Under the pieces are notes generated by a model. That model was given only the letters and a program-made list of their open reading frames with translations, ran no database searches and was not told the DNA's origin. DNA of 64,000 nt from Eledone cirrhosa (lineage: Eukaryota), in assembly GCA_964016885.1 (NCBI GenBank), contig CAXHJY010000343.1, positions 248,001 to 312,000 on the forward strand, given 5' to 3'. Positions 1-12,215 of the stretch are shown in pieces. The translations under genes and the position numbers were made by a program. Every line of letters begins with the position of its first letter. The stretch's first letter is position 1.

Positions 1-107
1 ACAGTATATATACACTATATATATATTATACAGTAAATATACACTATATATATTATACAGTATATATACACTATATATATTATACAATATATATACACTA
101 TAAATAT

Positions 108-291
108 GTCCAAGGGAAAGGCTATGGCCGATACAGCTTGGCACCAGTGACATCACAGCTCATTTCTACAGCTGAGTAAACTGGAGCAACGTGAAATAAA
201 GTGTCTTGCTCAAGGACACAACACATCACCCTGCCCGAGAATCGAACTCACCACCTTTTAATTGTAAGTCGAATCATCTAACCACTAAGCC
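108..291 (-). mobile_element. tRNA-derived CORE-type SINE
   Basis: Reverse complement reads GGCTTAGTGGTTAG (A box) ... GAGTTCGATTC (B box), then TGTGTCCTTGAGCAAGACACTT...CAGTTTACTCAGCTGTAGAAATGAG, resembling the MIR/CORE domain; many copies in the window. Confidence 0.8.
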
Positions 292-296
292 GTGAT

Positions 297-879
297 ACGT
301 TCCAGAACCAACCGTGATATAGAGAGACCATAAAGACAACCGTTGTTTCCATAGTTTAAGCCTTAAAATACCTCTCATACATGCTTTAAGTACATATAAA
401 CTCATTAAAACACACTTTTGTATTTAAACACCAAAAACAGCCAGTAACGATCGTATAGAAACTACCACCAACTATCGTACCACTAGTTACTAATGAGGAC
501 TATTGCCAGCCACGGTAGCCACTTGGTAATACACTGCACATCTCCCGTCAATCTATGAAGGGTTTGTAGTAGATTAGAGCAAAACACAATCAGTAAAACA
601 ATAATGGAATTAAAAATATAAACATTTGTTCATAATTAAAGCCTTAAAATGTCCCTTCCTTACGATATACACTTTAATAACATTGAAATTTATTTAATAA
701 GTTTAAAATTTAAACACTTTTTATTCAGACGTACCGCGATAAGAAATTAGATATGTTCTAACGAATAATCCGCGATGTGGCGAGGATTACCGCGATAGGA
801 AATTAGATACGTTCCAAAGAGATATCCGCGATGTAACGGGACCGCGAAAAGTGAACCGCGATATAGCGGGGGATTACTG
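297..879. mobile_element. Tigger/pogo-like non-autonomous DNA transposon, one end only
   Basis: Ends CGCGATATAGCGGGGGATTACTG followed by TA (reverse complement CAGTAATCCCCCGCTATATCGCG, a Tigger-type TIR) with subterminal CCGCGAT repeats; other end not seen; duplicate at about 21190-21770. Confidence 0.6.
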
Positions 880-933
880 TATATATACACACACAACATA
901 CATCTATCTATATACACTCATAACATATATTTC

Positions 934-1553
934 GGCAGTGTCATGGTATTAGCTGTCAGAAGTGAAAGTAGAAGAAGGTGACGTCATTCGTCAACCTTCT
1001 CAATCCTTTATTTCCGTATCACTATTCCCTTTATTTATGTTTAGGATTTTCTAAGAGATACGTTTACGATGAGATACACTTCTTAAAAAATAATATGGGG
1101 ACCAAATAACCCCGTAATTTTCGAGAGAAACGATGATATACGATCTTACTTAACGTGTGCATTAAAAACTACACTAGCTGTTACAATTGTAATTAACGTG
1201 TAAGAACTTAAATGAAAATATAGGTGGCCCTTAAAAGGGTCGGTGTTGAACTTAAATTTGTTTTCTAATTTGATAACCATGACTTGTTTCTACACCGGCC
1301 CTTTTAAGGGCCACCTATATTTTCATTTAAGTTCTTACACGTCAATTACAATTGTAACTGCTAGTGTAGTTTTTAATGCACATGTTAAATAAGATTGTAT
1401 ATTATCGTTTCTCTCGAAAATTACGGGATTATTTGGTCCCCATAAATAAAATCATAAACGTAAATAAACGGAATAGTGATATGGAAATAAAGGATTGAGA
1501 AGGTTGACGACTGACGTCACCTTCTTTCTGACAGCTAATACCACGACAGTGCC
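934..1553. mobile_element. Foldback/MITE-like palindrome, copy 1
   Basis: Inverted arms of about 270-320 bp around a 37-nt loop (1251-1287); copies at 21825-22443 and 27651-28270. Confidence 0.85.
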
Positions 1554-1905
1554 CTTTATTTCGATATCTTACATTAAAATGTTGACTGAGGGTGTGACAA
1601 CTGTTTCTTGTTTGAGGTTGTTCCAGTGGTTGAAATATAGACGGAGGTAATTAAATAATAAAGACAGTCATGATAACAATATATTTTATATCACATGTAA
1701 CAGTGGAATCTGATGATTGAAAAACATCAACATTTCAGTTTGGAAGTGTTTTTTCTATATATAAAAGTGGAGGAAGAAATATATTTTTCTAATGTTGTTA
1801 TATATATTTTCACTTGTATATAATTACTGGGTCGTTGTAGGGTTCACATAATTATATTATTTACACACATTAATATAGACATTAAGTAAATCTTTGTCAA
1901 CTTAC

Positions 1906-2107
1906 CTCCTTCACATATAATCAATGTATTGTGTTGTTAGTTGTTACTAAACAACCAAAGAAATAATCTCTTTGTTATCAAATTAGAAGTTTCAAAGATG
2001 TTATCAGCTTTATTTCACGACATTAACGTTGGTGTAACTTCTTCATCTTTAGTCATACATTGATATCTTGTCAGAATGAAGTAGTGAGGCTGACTTTATG
2101 TCTTTAG
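1906..2107 (-). other. Candidate non-coding 5' UTR exon of a ZNF gene (coding exon probably left of the window)
   Basis: Minus strand: TTTCCTATCAAATCTGTAG|CTAAAG ... GAAGGAG|GTAAGT; both splice sites kept in four full paralogous copies. Confidence 0.5.
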
Positions 2108-2683
2108 CTACAGATTTGATAGGAAATATATATATATTAGGTTGATATGTGGTCTAAAATATATATATTGTCTATAAATGACTGATAGCAGATGTTCTGG
2201 TGAAATAGTAGTTTTACTACTACAGATTGTAATGGAACTCTTAGTAGACACAATTGTAAAGTAAGAATAGATATGACAGTGTAAGACTGATGTCGGGGAA
2301 TTAAAATTGTGTATATATATATATATATAATTGTTACACAAGATATAATTAGATTAATTAAAGTTATAATGAAGACAGCAGGTACCCGGTGTCGTTGAGA
2401 ATGTTTCAACTGTCGTACCGGTGTCATACCTTAAAAGTCCCTGATATAATTTAACACCTTCAGACACAGTTCCAATCGTATTTAATTGATTGTAAATCAG
2501 AAAGTATCACTCAATAAAATATCAATTATATATCAATAAGAAAACCTCTACGTAGTCTCTCTAACTGCTAGAAATAGCAGTGATATTATCCAATACAACT
2601 ATTCTCTCTCTATATATATATTTATATATATACACACACATATATGTAGGTAAATGTGTATACAACTCTTATGTGTATGTATA

Positions 2684-3332
2684 AACAACTATTTTATGGA
2701 GAGTTAGTTAAAGGAAAACGACCTCCACATAAACCAAAAAAGAGGTATAAGGATTCCTTGAAAGCCTCTTTGAAAGACGCTAACATCTCTGCTGATACAT
2801 GGGAAAATGTTGCTGCTGATCGTAATGTGGGATGTGAGGAAGGGCATCACCGTTGCATTTGCAGCGTCTGTGCGAGATTTTGCCTCAGCAAAGCTGGACT
2901 CGAAAGTCATCTTCGCAGTCACAAAGTAAGACCAGTGGTTGAATACCAGGCTGTGGTTGGAGATGCTACTCATCATGCCTGCCAAGCATGTGGTAGAGAA
3001 TGTAACTCAGCAGGAAGGCTCAAGCGACATGCAAAAGTACATCAACTCCAGCCACAGCCGGCTATTCCCAGTGAATGTTTTGGTTGCCAACTCTGTGCAA
3101 GACATTTTAGATCATTGGCTGGGCTAAAAAGCCACATTCGATCGCAGCGCTGTTAGTTTCTATTGTGTGTGTGTGTAGATATGTTTATGTGTGTGTGTGT
3201 ATATATATACATATATATATATATATGTATGTATATTATTATTGTTGTTGTCGTTATTATTATTATTATTATTATTATTGTTTTTTTTTCTCGTGCAATG
3301 GCCATACTCGATAACGAGGGGGCAGCCATCAT
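2684..3332 (+). mobile_element. 5'-truncated RTE-BovB-like LINE 3' end with three C-terminal C2H2-type fingers
   Basis: QLFYGELVKGKRPPHKPKKRYKDSLK...WENVAADR is the typical BovB-type ORF end; followed by CSVC..H..H, CQAC..H..H and CQLC..H; terminus GCCATACTCGATAACGAGGGGGCAGCCATCAT. Confidence 0.75.
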
Positions 3333-4019
3333 ATATGGGTATGTATGAGTATGTATGTGTGTTTGCACGTATGTATGGTGTGTATATATGTACATAGGGT
3401 TTTGCTATATGTACGTTTGGTGAACATGTGTATTTACCTGTAGGTATGTGAGTGTGCGTTCTATACGCATTCATGCGCGTATATTTATATATGTATACAC
3501 ACACACACACATATTTATATGTGTATTTGGTGTATACGTTCGTATGTGTGTGGGTATGTGTCGCGCCGGTTTACGCATGTGTGCGCGTGTATATGTGTAC
3601 GTGCATGTAGATGCATGCATGCCGTGTGTTTTCGCATATACAGGTGTATAAATGTGTGTATGTATATATTTAAGATTCATGATTTCGATAACCTCTGTTA
3701 TTTTCTTTTTACTAATTTATTTACATTATTCTGAACTCCGAAGCCGAGAATCATTCAGTTTCCTAAATAATATATTAGTCTACGCCTCCATTTATACCTT
3801 AAATGTGGTTTTGTCTTTGCGTGTAATTGTTCTCACCGCTCCACATAGCGAGGTATGATCTTCGCTTCTTTCCGTTCATTGCCAGAGAACATCTTCACGA
3901 ACCAAAGTATCGTCTTCCTGTTTTACTTCGGTTGCAACATTTTTCGAAATATTTACTTCTACGTTCACAGATTGATTTTTTTCAGTTTCAGATCCCGTTA
4001 AAGGTGAAAGCAGCAATTC

Positions 4020-4865
4020 TTTATGTATGTGGGGTGGGGATTGGAGAGGTGGGTCAGAGGCGTTACTTCGCTGGTAAGGGAGTGGAGTGTTAAAAGGTGG
4101 GGAGGAGGAAAATTGGGGCATACTTCAAACCACTAAATGTTGCTTCATCCCGTGGACATGGGAATGCAGGTCTCCTGCAGTTCTGTATAACGCCAGAGAT
4201 TTCAATCCTGTGTCATCACCATTGATAGGTACAATGGTGTCAGGTCACTTTTACCTCCTCATCCCAAGCATTCATAGGTCTTCTTCTTCCATCAATTTCT
4301 AGCAGTCAACCTTTTATACATCATCTCTACCTTCATACACATCACATGTCCATACCACAGCAATCTACACTCCTGCATACTGTATCTTATCCATCTCATG
4401 CCCAGGCCCTCTATCAGAGATTATTTACACTTTGCTCTTCATGTATATTAATATTACACATCCATCGGAGAATTCAAGCTTCATTTCTATCCAATCTTCT
4501 GAGGTCCTCTGCACACACCGCCCACATCTCACTGCAATGCAGCATTGCTGTTCATATGCAGACATCAATTTCGTAAAACAACCTTTTGTAGCTAGCAGTA
4601 GTAGTAATAGTAGCACCCTAAACCTTTGCCATTTTGTTCTTACTCTGGTTTCTGTACTTTCAGTACACCTACCTCCACTGCTAATTTGGTCACCCAGGTA
4701 ACAGAAACTGTCAACTGTTTCTATGGAACCCTTTAAATATTTGATAGAACTTGTCTCCCAAAAGTGATTGCTTCTTACTGCTCCAGTGCAATGACCCCAT
4801 GTAAAACCTACATTCTTAGCTAACTTACCATGTATCCCACTAAATCTCTTGTGTACCCATAGTCT
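4020..4865 (-). mobile_element. Degenerate RTE LINE 3' fragment (paralog at about 9110-10550)
   Basis: WVHKRFSGI...ETVDSFCYLGDQISSGG...RVRTKW in the minus-strand translation. Confidence 0.75.
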
Positions 4866-4989
4866 CTTTAGAGTAAATAATGTTTCATACACATAACATC
4901 TATGTGTGACCATTGGTTTCTGAGCCCACTTATGGCCACCACTGTTTACTATTGTCAAAAAGGGAGGTAAATCTTTAGCTGTAAATCTT

Positions 4990-6075
4990 ATGCTGGGTCG
5001 TTCACACACATTGACACTGCACATCCAACGGAGCATGCTTGCCTCATTTCTCTCCAGCCGTCGCATATCCTCTGCAGTTGCTGCCCATGTCTCACGACCA
5101 TGCAGCATCGCGCTCTTCACACGGGCATCATATAACCGGCCTTTCGTATGCAGGGAGAAACCCTTCTTCGACAGCAGCTCCCTAAACTTCTTCCGACCCG
5201 TCCTTATTCTAGATACTATGGCCTCGGAACCCCCCTCCCCTCCCATGCTAATCTGATCTCCTAGGTACCGGAAGCTATCCACCACTTCTATAGCACCCAC
5301 CTGCATTTGTAACATGTGTATATCACTGTGACTTCTACTGTCTAATTTCCCTGTACATCTAATGCATACGTATTTCTCCATACCTGTTAGTTTGCCTGCT
5401 ATCCCACTACATCTCTTGTGTACCCAACATCTCCATTGTGTGCATTTTATAGAATTTATGCCAGTTCCTTTTCTGCATATCGAACATGGCCATATCCCTG
5501 ACGGAATCAGAGTTTTGTCCTCTTTTCTACTCAACACTTTTGTCTTAGCTAGGTTCACTCTCAGTCCTCTTGCTTCCAACTGCTGTTTCCATAGCCAGAA
5601 TATATTGTCTAGCTCCTCTACTTATTCTGCTATAAGAACCAGATCATCAGCATAGAGAAGTTCCCATGGACATCCAGTCTCTAGCTCTTCTGTTATGGCT
5701 TGGAGGACTATAACGAACAAGAGTGGGCTGAGGATGGAACCTTGATGTACACCTACTTGTATCTGGAATTCCTCACTAAACTCCTTTCCTACCCTGACTT
5801 TACTGACAGCACCTCTGTACAAAGTTTGCACTGTCCTCACAAGCCATTCCTCAACACCTAGTTTCCTTAGGGACCATCAGGTGACAGATCGGGGTACCCT
5901 ATCAGAAGCCTTCTCTAGGTCAACAAAGGCTCAGTATAGAGTATAGTGGCTTATTCATCTCTAAGAACCTCTCTTGTAATTGTCTCACCAAGAAGAGGGC
6001 ATCTGTTGTACTTTTCCCAGGTACAAAACCAAACTGCATCTCATCTAGTTTAACCCTTTCATAACCTGATCCACA
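4990..6075 (-). mobile_element. RTE LINE reverse transcriptase fragment (pseudogenic)
   Basis: GVHQGSILSPLLF, ELLYADDLVL, PHD-like Cys cluster, SFRYLG; shares diagnostic indels with 54400-55485. Confidence 0.9.
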
Positions 6076-6086
6076 CATATATATAC

Positions 6087-6125
<39 letters not shown>

Positions 6126-6126
6126 C

Positions 6127-6335
6127 ATCATCATCATCATTTAACGTCCATGTTCCACGCTTGCATGGGTTTGGACGGGAGTTTTCCCACTTAAAGCAAG
6201 AGTGGTTGTCTTGTTCGCATAGGACCGTCTGGCGGGTTTTCTACAGCTGGATGCCCTTCCTAACACCAACCACATTTACAGTGTGGGACTGGGAGGTTTT
6301 TACCGTGTTGCCTACACGGCCACATTACAGCGTGG
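6127..6335 (-). mobile_element. RTE 3' UTR/tail
   Basis: (CAT)n then TTTAACGTCCATGTTCCACGCTTGCATGGG, matching the end of the RTE at 30596. Confidence 0.7.
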
Positions 6336-6470
6336 TGTATCTTCTTCATCTTTAGTCATACATTGATATCTTGTCAGAATGAAGTAGTGAGGCTGACTTT
6401 ATGTCTTTAGCTACAGATTAGATAGGAAATATATATATATATTAGGTTGATATGTGGTCTAAAATATATA

Positions 6471-7776
6471 CAGGGTGTTCGGGATAAATTTGACAGTTTC
6501 ATCAGGAAAAAGAAAAAGTGCTTGGTATCTACAAAATTTATTTGATTTAAAAGAAATTCAATGGACAAGGAAATTACACTATTGTCAAAGAGTTTTACTC
6601 AAAATAACCTCCATTAGCGTCTATTACAGCCTCAATCCGGGCCCGGAACCTGGAGCAAGCTGATTTTACACTTTCCCTGGGAAGACCCTCAAAAACTACT
6701 TTAATTCTGTCGATTAACTGGGCTTTTGTAGTACTGGCACGGCGATTGGTGTCTTTCTCTACAGCGCCCCATACATAATAGTCCATCGACTTAAGATCAG
6801 GGGAGTTCGGAGGCCAAACATTGGGACTGGTGTAGTCGTAAAAATTGGCTGACAACCATTTTTGACTTTTCCCCGAGGTGTGGCAGGGGGCCGATTACTG
6901 CTGCCATACATACGGCCTATTATTGGCTACCCTTGTTATCCAGGGCTTAACTACAGTGGTTAGCAATTCCACGTAGGCATCTGAATTCAACCTGAGACCC
7001 TGTTTGAAAAAATGCGGAGGCATCACATCACCCTCAGAGGACACACATCCGAAAACCATGACAGTTTGGGGAAATTTAGTCTGCATGACTCGAGGAGTGT
7101 CCTTTGGACTGTATGCAAGCCATCTGTTATTCTGCGCGTTGTGTTTTTGATCTTGGCAAAAGTTTTTCTCATCGGAAAAGAACCAGATTGTTTGTGCTTC
7201 AGCAGGATGTTTCACTTTGCTCAGAAGTTTCTTAGCCTTTGTCAGACGATTTTCGCGGGCCTTTTCTGAGAGAAGTTGACCTCTGCGACGCTTGTATGAG
7301 TAGTAGCGAAGGTCTTCATTGAGTGCAATTTTCATAGTAGAGGCTAAAACATTCAATTCACGCGACAAAGACCGAATTCCGATGCCAGGGTCCTCCAACA
7401 CCTTTTTCTGCAGATTTTCGAGGAATTCTGCTGTGCGAGAGCAATCAGATCTTCTGTTATGTTTCTTTCTTCTAGCCACAGCCTCGTAGTCTCCATTACA
7501 ATTCTCCAGTTCATGCCGGATTGTTTTTACAGTGTTCAGGGAGCATTGAGCAGCGACCATAATCTCCTTATTTTGATGGCCGGCGCGAATCATCATGATA
7601 CAAGTTATTCTCTTCCATGATTCAGGTGGCTCCCAGTCATCCATTCTCGTTGTCATCACATATATGAATGAAGGAGGGTTTAAACTTTCAAATAAAGCCT
7701 AGTGGGCATGAATGAATTTAAAACATCTGAAAAAACAACCAAATATTATTCTGTCAAATTTATCCCGAACACCCTG
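6471..7776 (-). mobile_element. Full-length Tc1/mariner DD37D (maT) transposon
   Basis: Perfect 26-bp TIRs CAGGGTGTTCGGGATAAATTTGACAG; TA duplication confirmed against empty paralogous sites (about 2160, 23050, 29405, 58890). Confidence 0.95.
6595..7659 (-). pseudogene. DD37D transposase with one in-frame stop
   Basis: FSDEK ... WQQ*SAPCH ... WPPNSPDLKSMDYYVW; 37 residues between the second and third catalytic positions; TAA at 6895-6897 sits on the second Asp. Confidence 0.9.
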
Positions 7777-8958
7777 TATATTGTCTATAAATGACTGATA
7801 GCAGATGTTCTGGTGAAATAGTAGTTTTACTACTACAGATTGTAATGGAACTCTTAGTAGAGACAATTGTAAAGTAAGAATAGATATGACAGTGTAAGAC
7901 TGATGTCGGGGAATTAAAATTGTGTATATATATATATATATATATATATAATTGTTACACAAGATATAATTAGATTCATTAAAGTTATAATGAAGACAGC
8001 AGGTACTCGGTGTGGTTGGGAATGTTTCAACACTCGTACCGGTGTCATATGTTAAAAGTCCCTGATATAATTTAATACCTTCAGATACAGTTCCAATCGT
8101 ATTTAATTGATTGTAACTCAGAAAGTATCACTCAATAAAATATCAATTATATATCAATAAGAAAATCTCTACGTAGTCTCTCTAACTGCTAGAAATAGCA
8201 GCGAAATTATCCATTACAACTGCTCTCTCTATATATATATACACACACATATATGTACGTATGTGTATATATGGGTATGAATGAGTGTGTATGTGTACAC
8301 AGACTTTTGGTATATGTACGTTTGGTGAACATATGTGTATTTACCTGTGGGTATGTGTGAGTGTGCGTTCTATACGCATTTATGCGTGTATATTTATATG
8401 TGTATATATAATTATATGTATACACACAAACATATATTTATATGTGTATTTGGTGTATATGTCCGTACGTGTGCGGGTATATGTGTCGCCCCGGTTTACG
8501 TCTGTGTGTGCGTGTTTATGTGTACGTGCATGTATATACATGCATGGTGTGTGTTTTCGCATATACACGTGTATAAATGTATATATTTAATTATTATTAC
8601 TTTTATGATTTTAATAACCTCTGTCATTTTCGTTCAACTAATTTATTTACATTATTCTGAACTCCGAAGCCGAGAATCATTCAGTTTCCTAAATAGTATA
8701 TTAGTCTACGACCCCATTTATACCATAAACGTGATTTTGTCTTTACATGTAATTGTTGTTCCCGCTCCACATAACGACGTATTATCTCCGCTTTTTTCCA
8801 TTCATTGCGAACCAAAGTATCGTCTTCCTGTTTTTAACTGGGCTGCAACGTTTTTCGAAATATTTACTTCTTCGGTCACAGAATGATTTTTTTTCTAGTT
8901 TCAGAAGATCCCGTTAAGGGTGAAAGCAACGATACTTTGCTTAAACTTTAATCTGTTA

Positions 8959-9016
<58 letters not shown>

Positions 9017-9017
<1 letters not shown>

Positions 9018-9080
9018 TGGGCGGTGCCCAAGCATGGCCTCAGCCAGATGGCTGGAACAGGTATAAGAATAAAAGAATAT
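9017..9080 (+). mobile_element. SINE 3' tail fragment
   Basis: GGGCGGTGCCCAAGCATGGCC...GGAACAGGTATAAGAATAAAAGAAT directly after a long (TA)n; family assignment from recall of octopus SINE tails. Confidence 0.45.
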
Positions 9081-10565
9081 AATATATATGTGTATATTCA
9101 TATATTGTATTTATCCTCATTACAATTTAAACTCCATTTTACATGCTAGCATGGGCTGGACGACTTGTCCTGTTGTGTGAAAACTTATATCAAATAACTG
9201 TGTGTTGCTCATGCAAGAACCATTTCTGGTTAGTTTCTATGGCTGGATGCCCTTACTAACTCCAACCACATTTACAGGGTGGAAATGGTATTTAATGTGT
9301 TGCTAACATGACCAATCTACAGGGTGGATTGGGTGCTTTTCGTTGTGTCATCATCATGACAACCACCAGCTAACAGAGCAGACTGGGTGCTCTTTGTCAT
9401 GTCACCAATTTGACTACTTTGAAGGGTGGTTCGGGTGCCTTCAGTCTTACCACTAGCATGACCACTTTACAGAGTGGGCTAGAGGCCTCCTGTCAAGTCT
9501 ACCTCACAGGGTGGACTGGTTGCTTATTTGTCATGTCACCAGCATGACTACCTTGCAGGGAAGGTTAGATGCTCTTTTGTCATGACACCTGCATGACCAC
9601 CTTACAGGGTTGCCTGAGGGTTTAGCCATTTCAGCAGCATTGGAGGAGAGCATGTCAAGCTTTCCGTACTTGTATACATGGGTTGGTCAAGAGAGGTGTA
9701 TCAGATGTGAAAGTGCGGGTGTGGTTGTGTGTATGTAGGGTGGGGATTGGCGAGGTAGGTCAGGGTGGTGTACTTAGCTGGTAAGGGGGTGGAGTGTTAA
9801 GATGTGGGGAGGAGGAAAATTGGAGCATACTTCAAACCACTAAATGTTGCTTCAACCCGTGGACATGGGAATGCAGGTCTCCTGCAGTACTGTATAACGC
9901 CAGAGATTTCAATCCTGTGTCATCACCTTTGAGAGGTACAATGGCGTTGGGTCAGTTTTTACCTCCTCATCCCAAGCATTCATAGGTCTTCTTCTTCCAT
10001 CAATTTCAAGCGGTCAACCTTTTATACAGCATCTCTACCTTCATACACATCACATGTCCATACCACAGCAATCTCCACTCCTGCATACTGAATCTTATCC
10101 CTCTCATGCCCAGGTTCTCTCTCAGTTTATTTACATTTCGCTCTTCATGTATATTAATATTACACATCCATCGGAGAATTCAAGCTTCATTTCTGTCCAA
10201 TCTTCTGAGGTCCTCACTGCAATGCAGCATTGCTGTTTATATGCACACATCAATTTGATGAAACAACCTTTTGTAGCTAGCAGCAGTAGTAATAGTAGCA
10301 CCCTAAACCTTTGCCATCTTGTTCTTACTCTGGTTACTGTACTTTCAGAACACCTACCTCCACTGCTAATTTGGTCCTCCTGGAAACAGAAACTGTCAAC
10401 TGCTTCTACAGAATACTTTAAATATTTGATAGAGCTTGTCTCCTAAAGTGATTGCTTCTTAATGCTCCAGTGCAGTGACCCCTTGTAAACCCTACATTCT
10501 TAGCTAACTCACTATGTATTCCACTAAATCTCTGGTGTACCCATAGTCTCTTTAGTGTAAATAAT

Positions 10566-10752
10566 TGTTTCTACTTTTGACACAATGCCAGCAATTATCC
10601 CAGTGTACCACTGGTACTTTATTTTATCGACCCCGTAAGGATGAAAGGCATAGTTAACCTCGGCGGGATTTGAACTCAGACCATAAAGGGCCGTAACTCT
10701 TTGCTGCAAAGCATGGCATCCGTCCCTCTACCGACACTGCCAATCCGCCGCC
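10566..10752 (-). mobile_element. tRNA-derived SINE (second family) with 15-bp target-site duplication
   Basis: TTTAGTGTAAATAAT at 10551-10565 and 10753-10767; empty site in the paralog at about 4867; B box GAGTTCAAATCC on the minus strand; another copy at about 62395-62565. Confidence 0.85.
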
Positions 10753-11004
10753 TTTAGTGTAAATAATGTTTCATACACATAACATGTATGTGTGACCATT
10801 GGTTTCTGAGTCCACTTATGGCCACCACTGTTTAATGGGAGGAGGCACTTCCAAACAGACCCTTCATTAGGTATGCTGACAAATATATCAAAAGGAAGTT
10901 CTTTCCTCCTACAATTTTCACCCAAACAGAGGAGAGTTTCGTTTTGTCAAAAAGGGAGGTAAATCCTTAGTGGTGGAATTGTCAGGCTTAATTATATATG
11001 TAAT

Positions 11005-11650
11005 TAGACACACATAGAAGTGGTTGATTGCTTTTACAATCTATGTGACTTAATTAGCAGTGGAGGAGGCTGCTCCGAAAGATGAATATTTAGAATAAGG
11101 ATAGGATGGAAAAAGTTTAGAGAGCTACTGCAACAGTTGACCACAAAAGGTTTCTATCTCTGTACAAAAGGACAACTGAATGACACATGTGGGTGATGTG
11201 CAATGATGCATGGTAACGAAACAAGGGCTGTGATTGCAGAGAATGTGTAGACTGGAGAGAAATGCAACAACCATGCTTTGTAGGATATGTTGTGTAAGTG
11301 TGAGAGAAAGGCAGAGCTTGGACGAGTACAAGAAGAAGCTGGGTTTAAGAGTGATCTGAAGTGGTGTGTAAGAGAGAAGACTGTGTTTGTACAGACATGG
11401 CATGCACATGGATAATGACCGCTGGGTGATGAAGTGCCAGGAAATCCCAGTAGAAGGAAGCAATAATAGAGGTAGACCAAGAAAGACCTGGACAGAGGCT
11501 GTGTGAACTGACTTCAAATAATTGACTTTCACAGAGGAGATGACAAAGGAACACGTCAAGTGGAAAGATGCCATATTGAGAAGGACCTGTCCAACCCAAG
11601 GAAGCATGGAAAAACAGACATAAAAACAGTGATGATGTTGATGAAGATGA
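11005..11650 (+). mobile_element. Degenerate RTE 3' fragment carried by the ZNF duplication unit (paralogs 37090-37605, 48000-48398)
   Basis: Remnants of MLHG.ET, RLERN, RGRPRKTW; (GAT)n tail. Confidence 0.7.
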
Positions 11651-11924
11651 CGTACATATACACACATATATAATCAAATACTTATATACAAACACAGATA
11701 AATATATACATAGACACACATACATTCACATATATATAGCGTATGTAAATTCTGAACAATACAGTTTTGTCAGCAAAACTCTTGGTTACAACTTCTACAA
11801 ATAAAATGAAAGGAGAAGAATTTCTCAGGAAAACAGTTTTATTCAAAATATTAACAACATTGGGGGTACTATTTCAGGTGAGTGACATGGTTTTTATCTA
11901 ATTGTGTTGCATTAAGTAATCTTT

Positions 11925-12205
11925 ATAAGAGAATGATTTACCACAGACATGACAATGATATAGTTCCTCTCCTCTAGATGTTAGTGTGTAGTGAAGTCAC
12001 AACATTTAGAGAAGGATTTACCACAGACATCACAATGATATAGTTCCTCTCCTCTAGATGTTAGTGTGTAATTAAGCCACAACATTTAGAGAAGGATTTA
12101 CCACAGACATCACAGTGATATGGTTCCTCTCCTGTAGATGTTAGTGTCTAGTGGAGCCACAACATTTAGAGAATGATTTACTAAATATATCAAAGTGATA
12201 TGGCT
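11925..12205 (-). repeat. 80-bp zinc-finger-derived non-coding tandem repeat (about 3.5 units)
   Basis: Period 80 (11961, 12041, 12121); unit translates as a decayed finger ..YHCDVCGKSFSKCCGFT.H*. Confidence 0.8.
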
Positions 12206-12215
12206 TGCCGCTGTA

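Larger units (their letters stand above)
108..2595 (+). repeat. Segmental duplication, copy 1 (copy 2 at about 21000-23485)
   Basis: Near-identical colinear sequence at an offset of about 20890, including the SINE, Tigger-like end, foldback and leader exon. Confidence 0.9.

Noticed and set aside
3153-3734. Many short ORFs rich in Y/I/C/V/H/T
   Set aside because: Products of (TA)n and (CA)n microsatellites
3876-4121. Protein-like ORF (..VATEVKQEDD..), duplicated near 8.8 kb
   Set aside because: Its start lies in RTE 3' UTR sequence, the frame is not kept in the paralog, and no domain is recognisable; left unresolved
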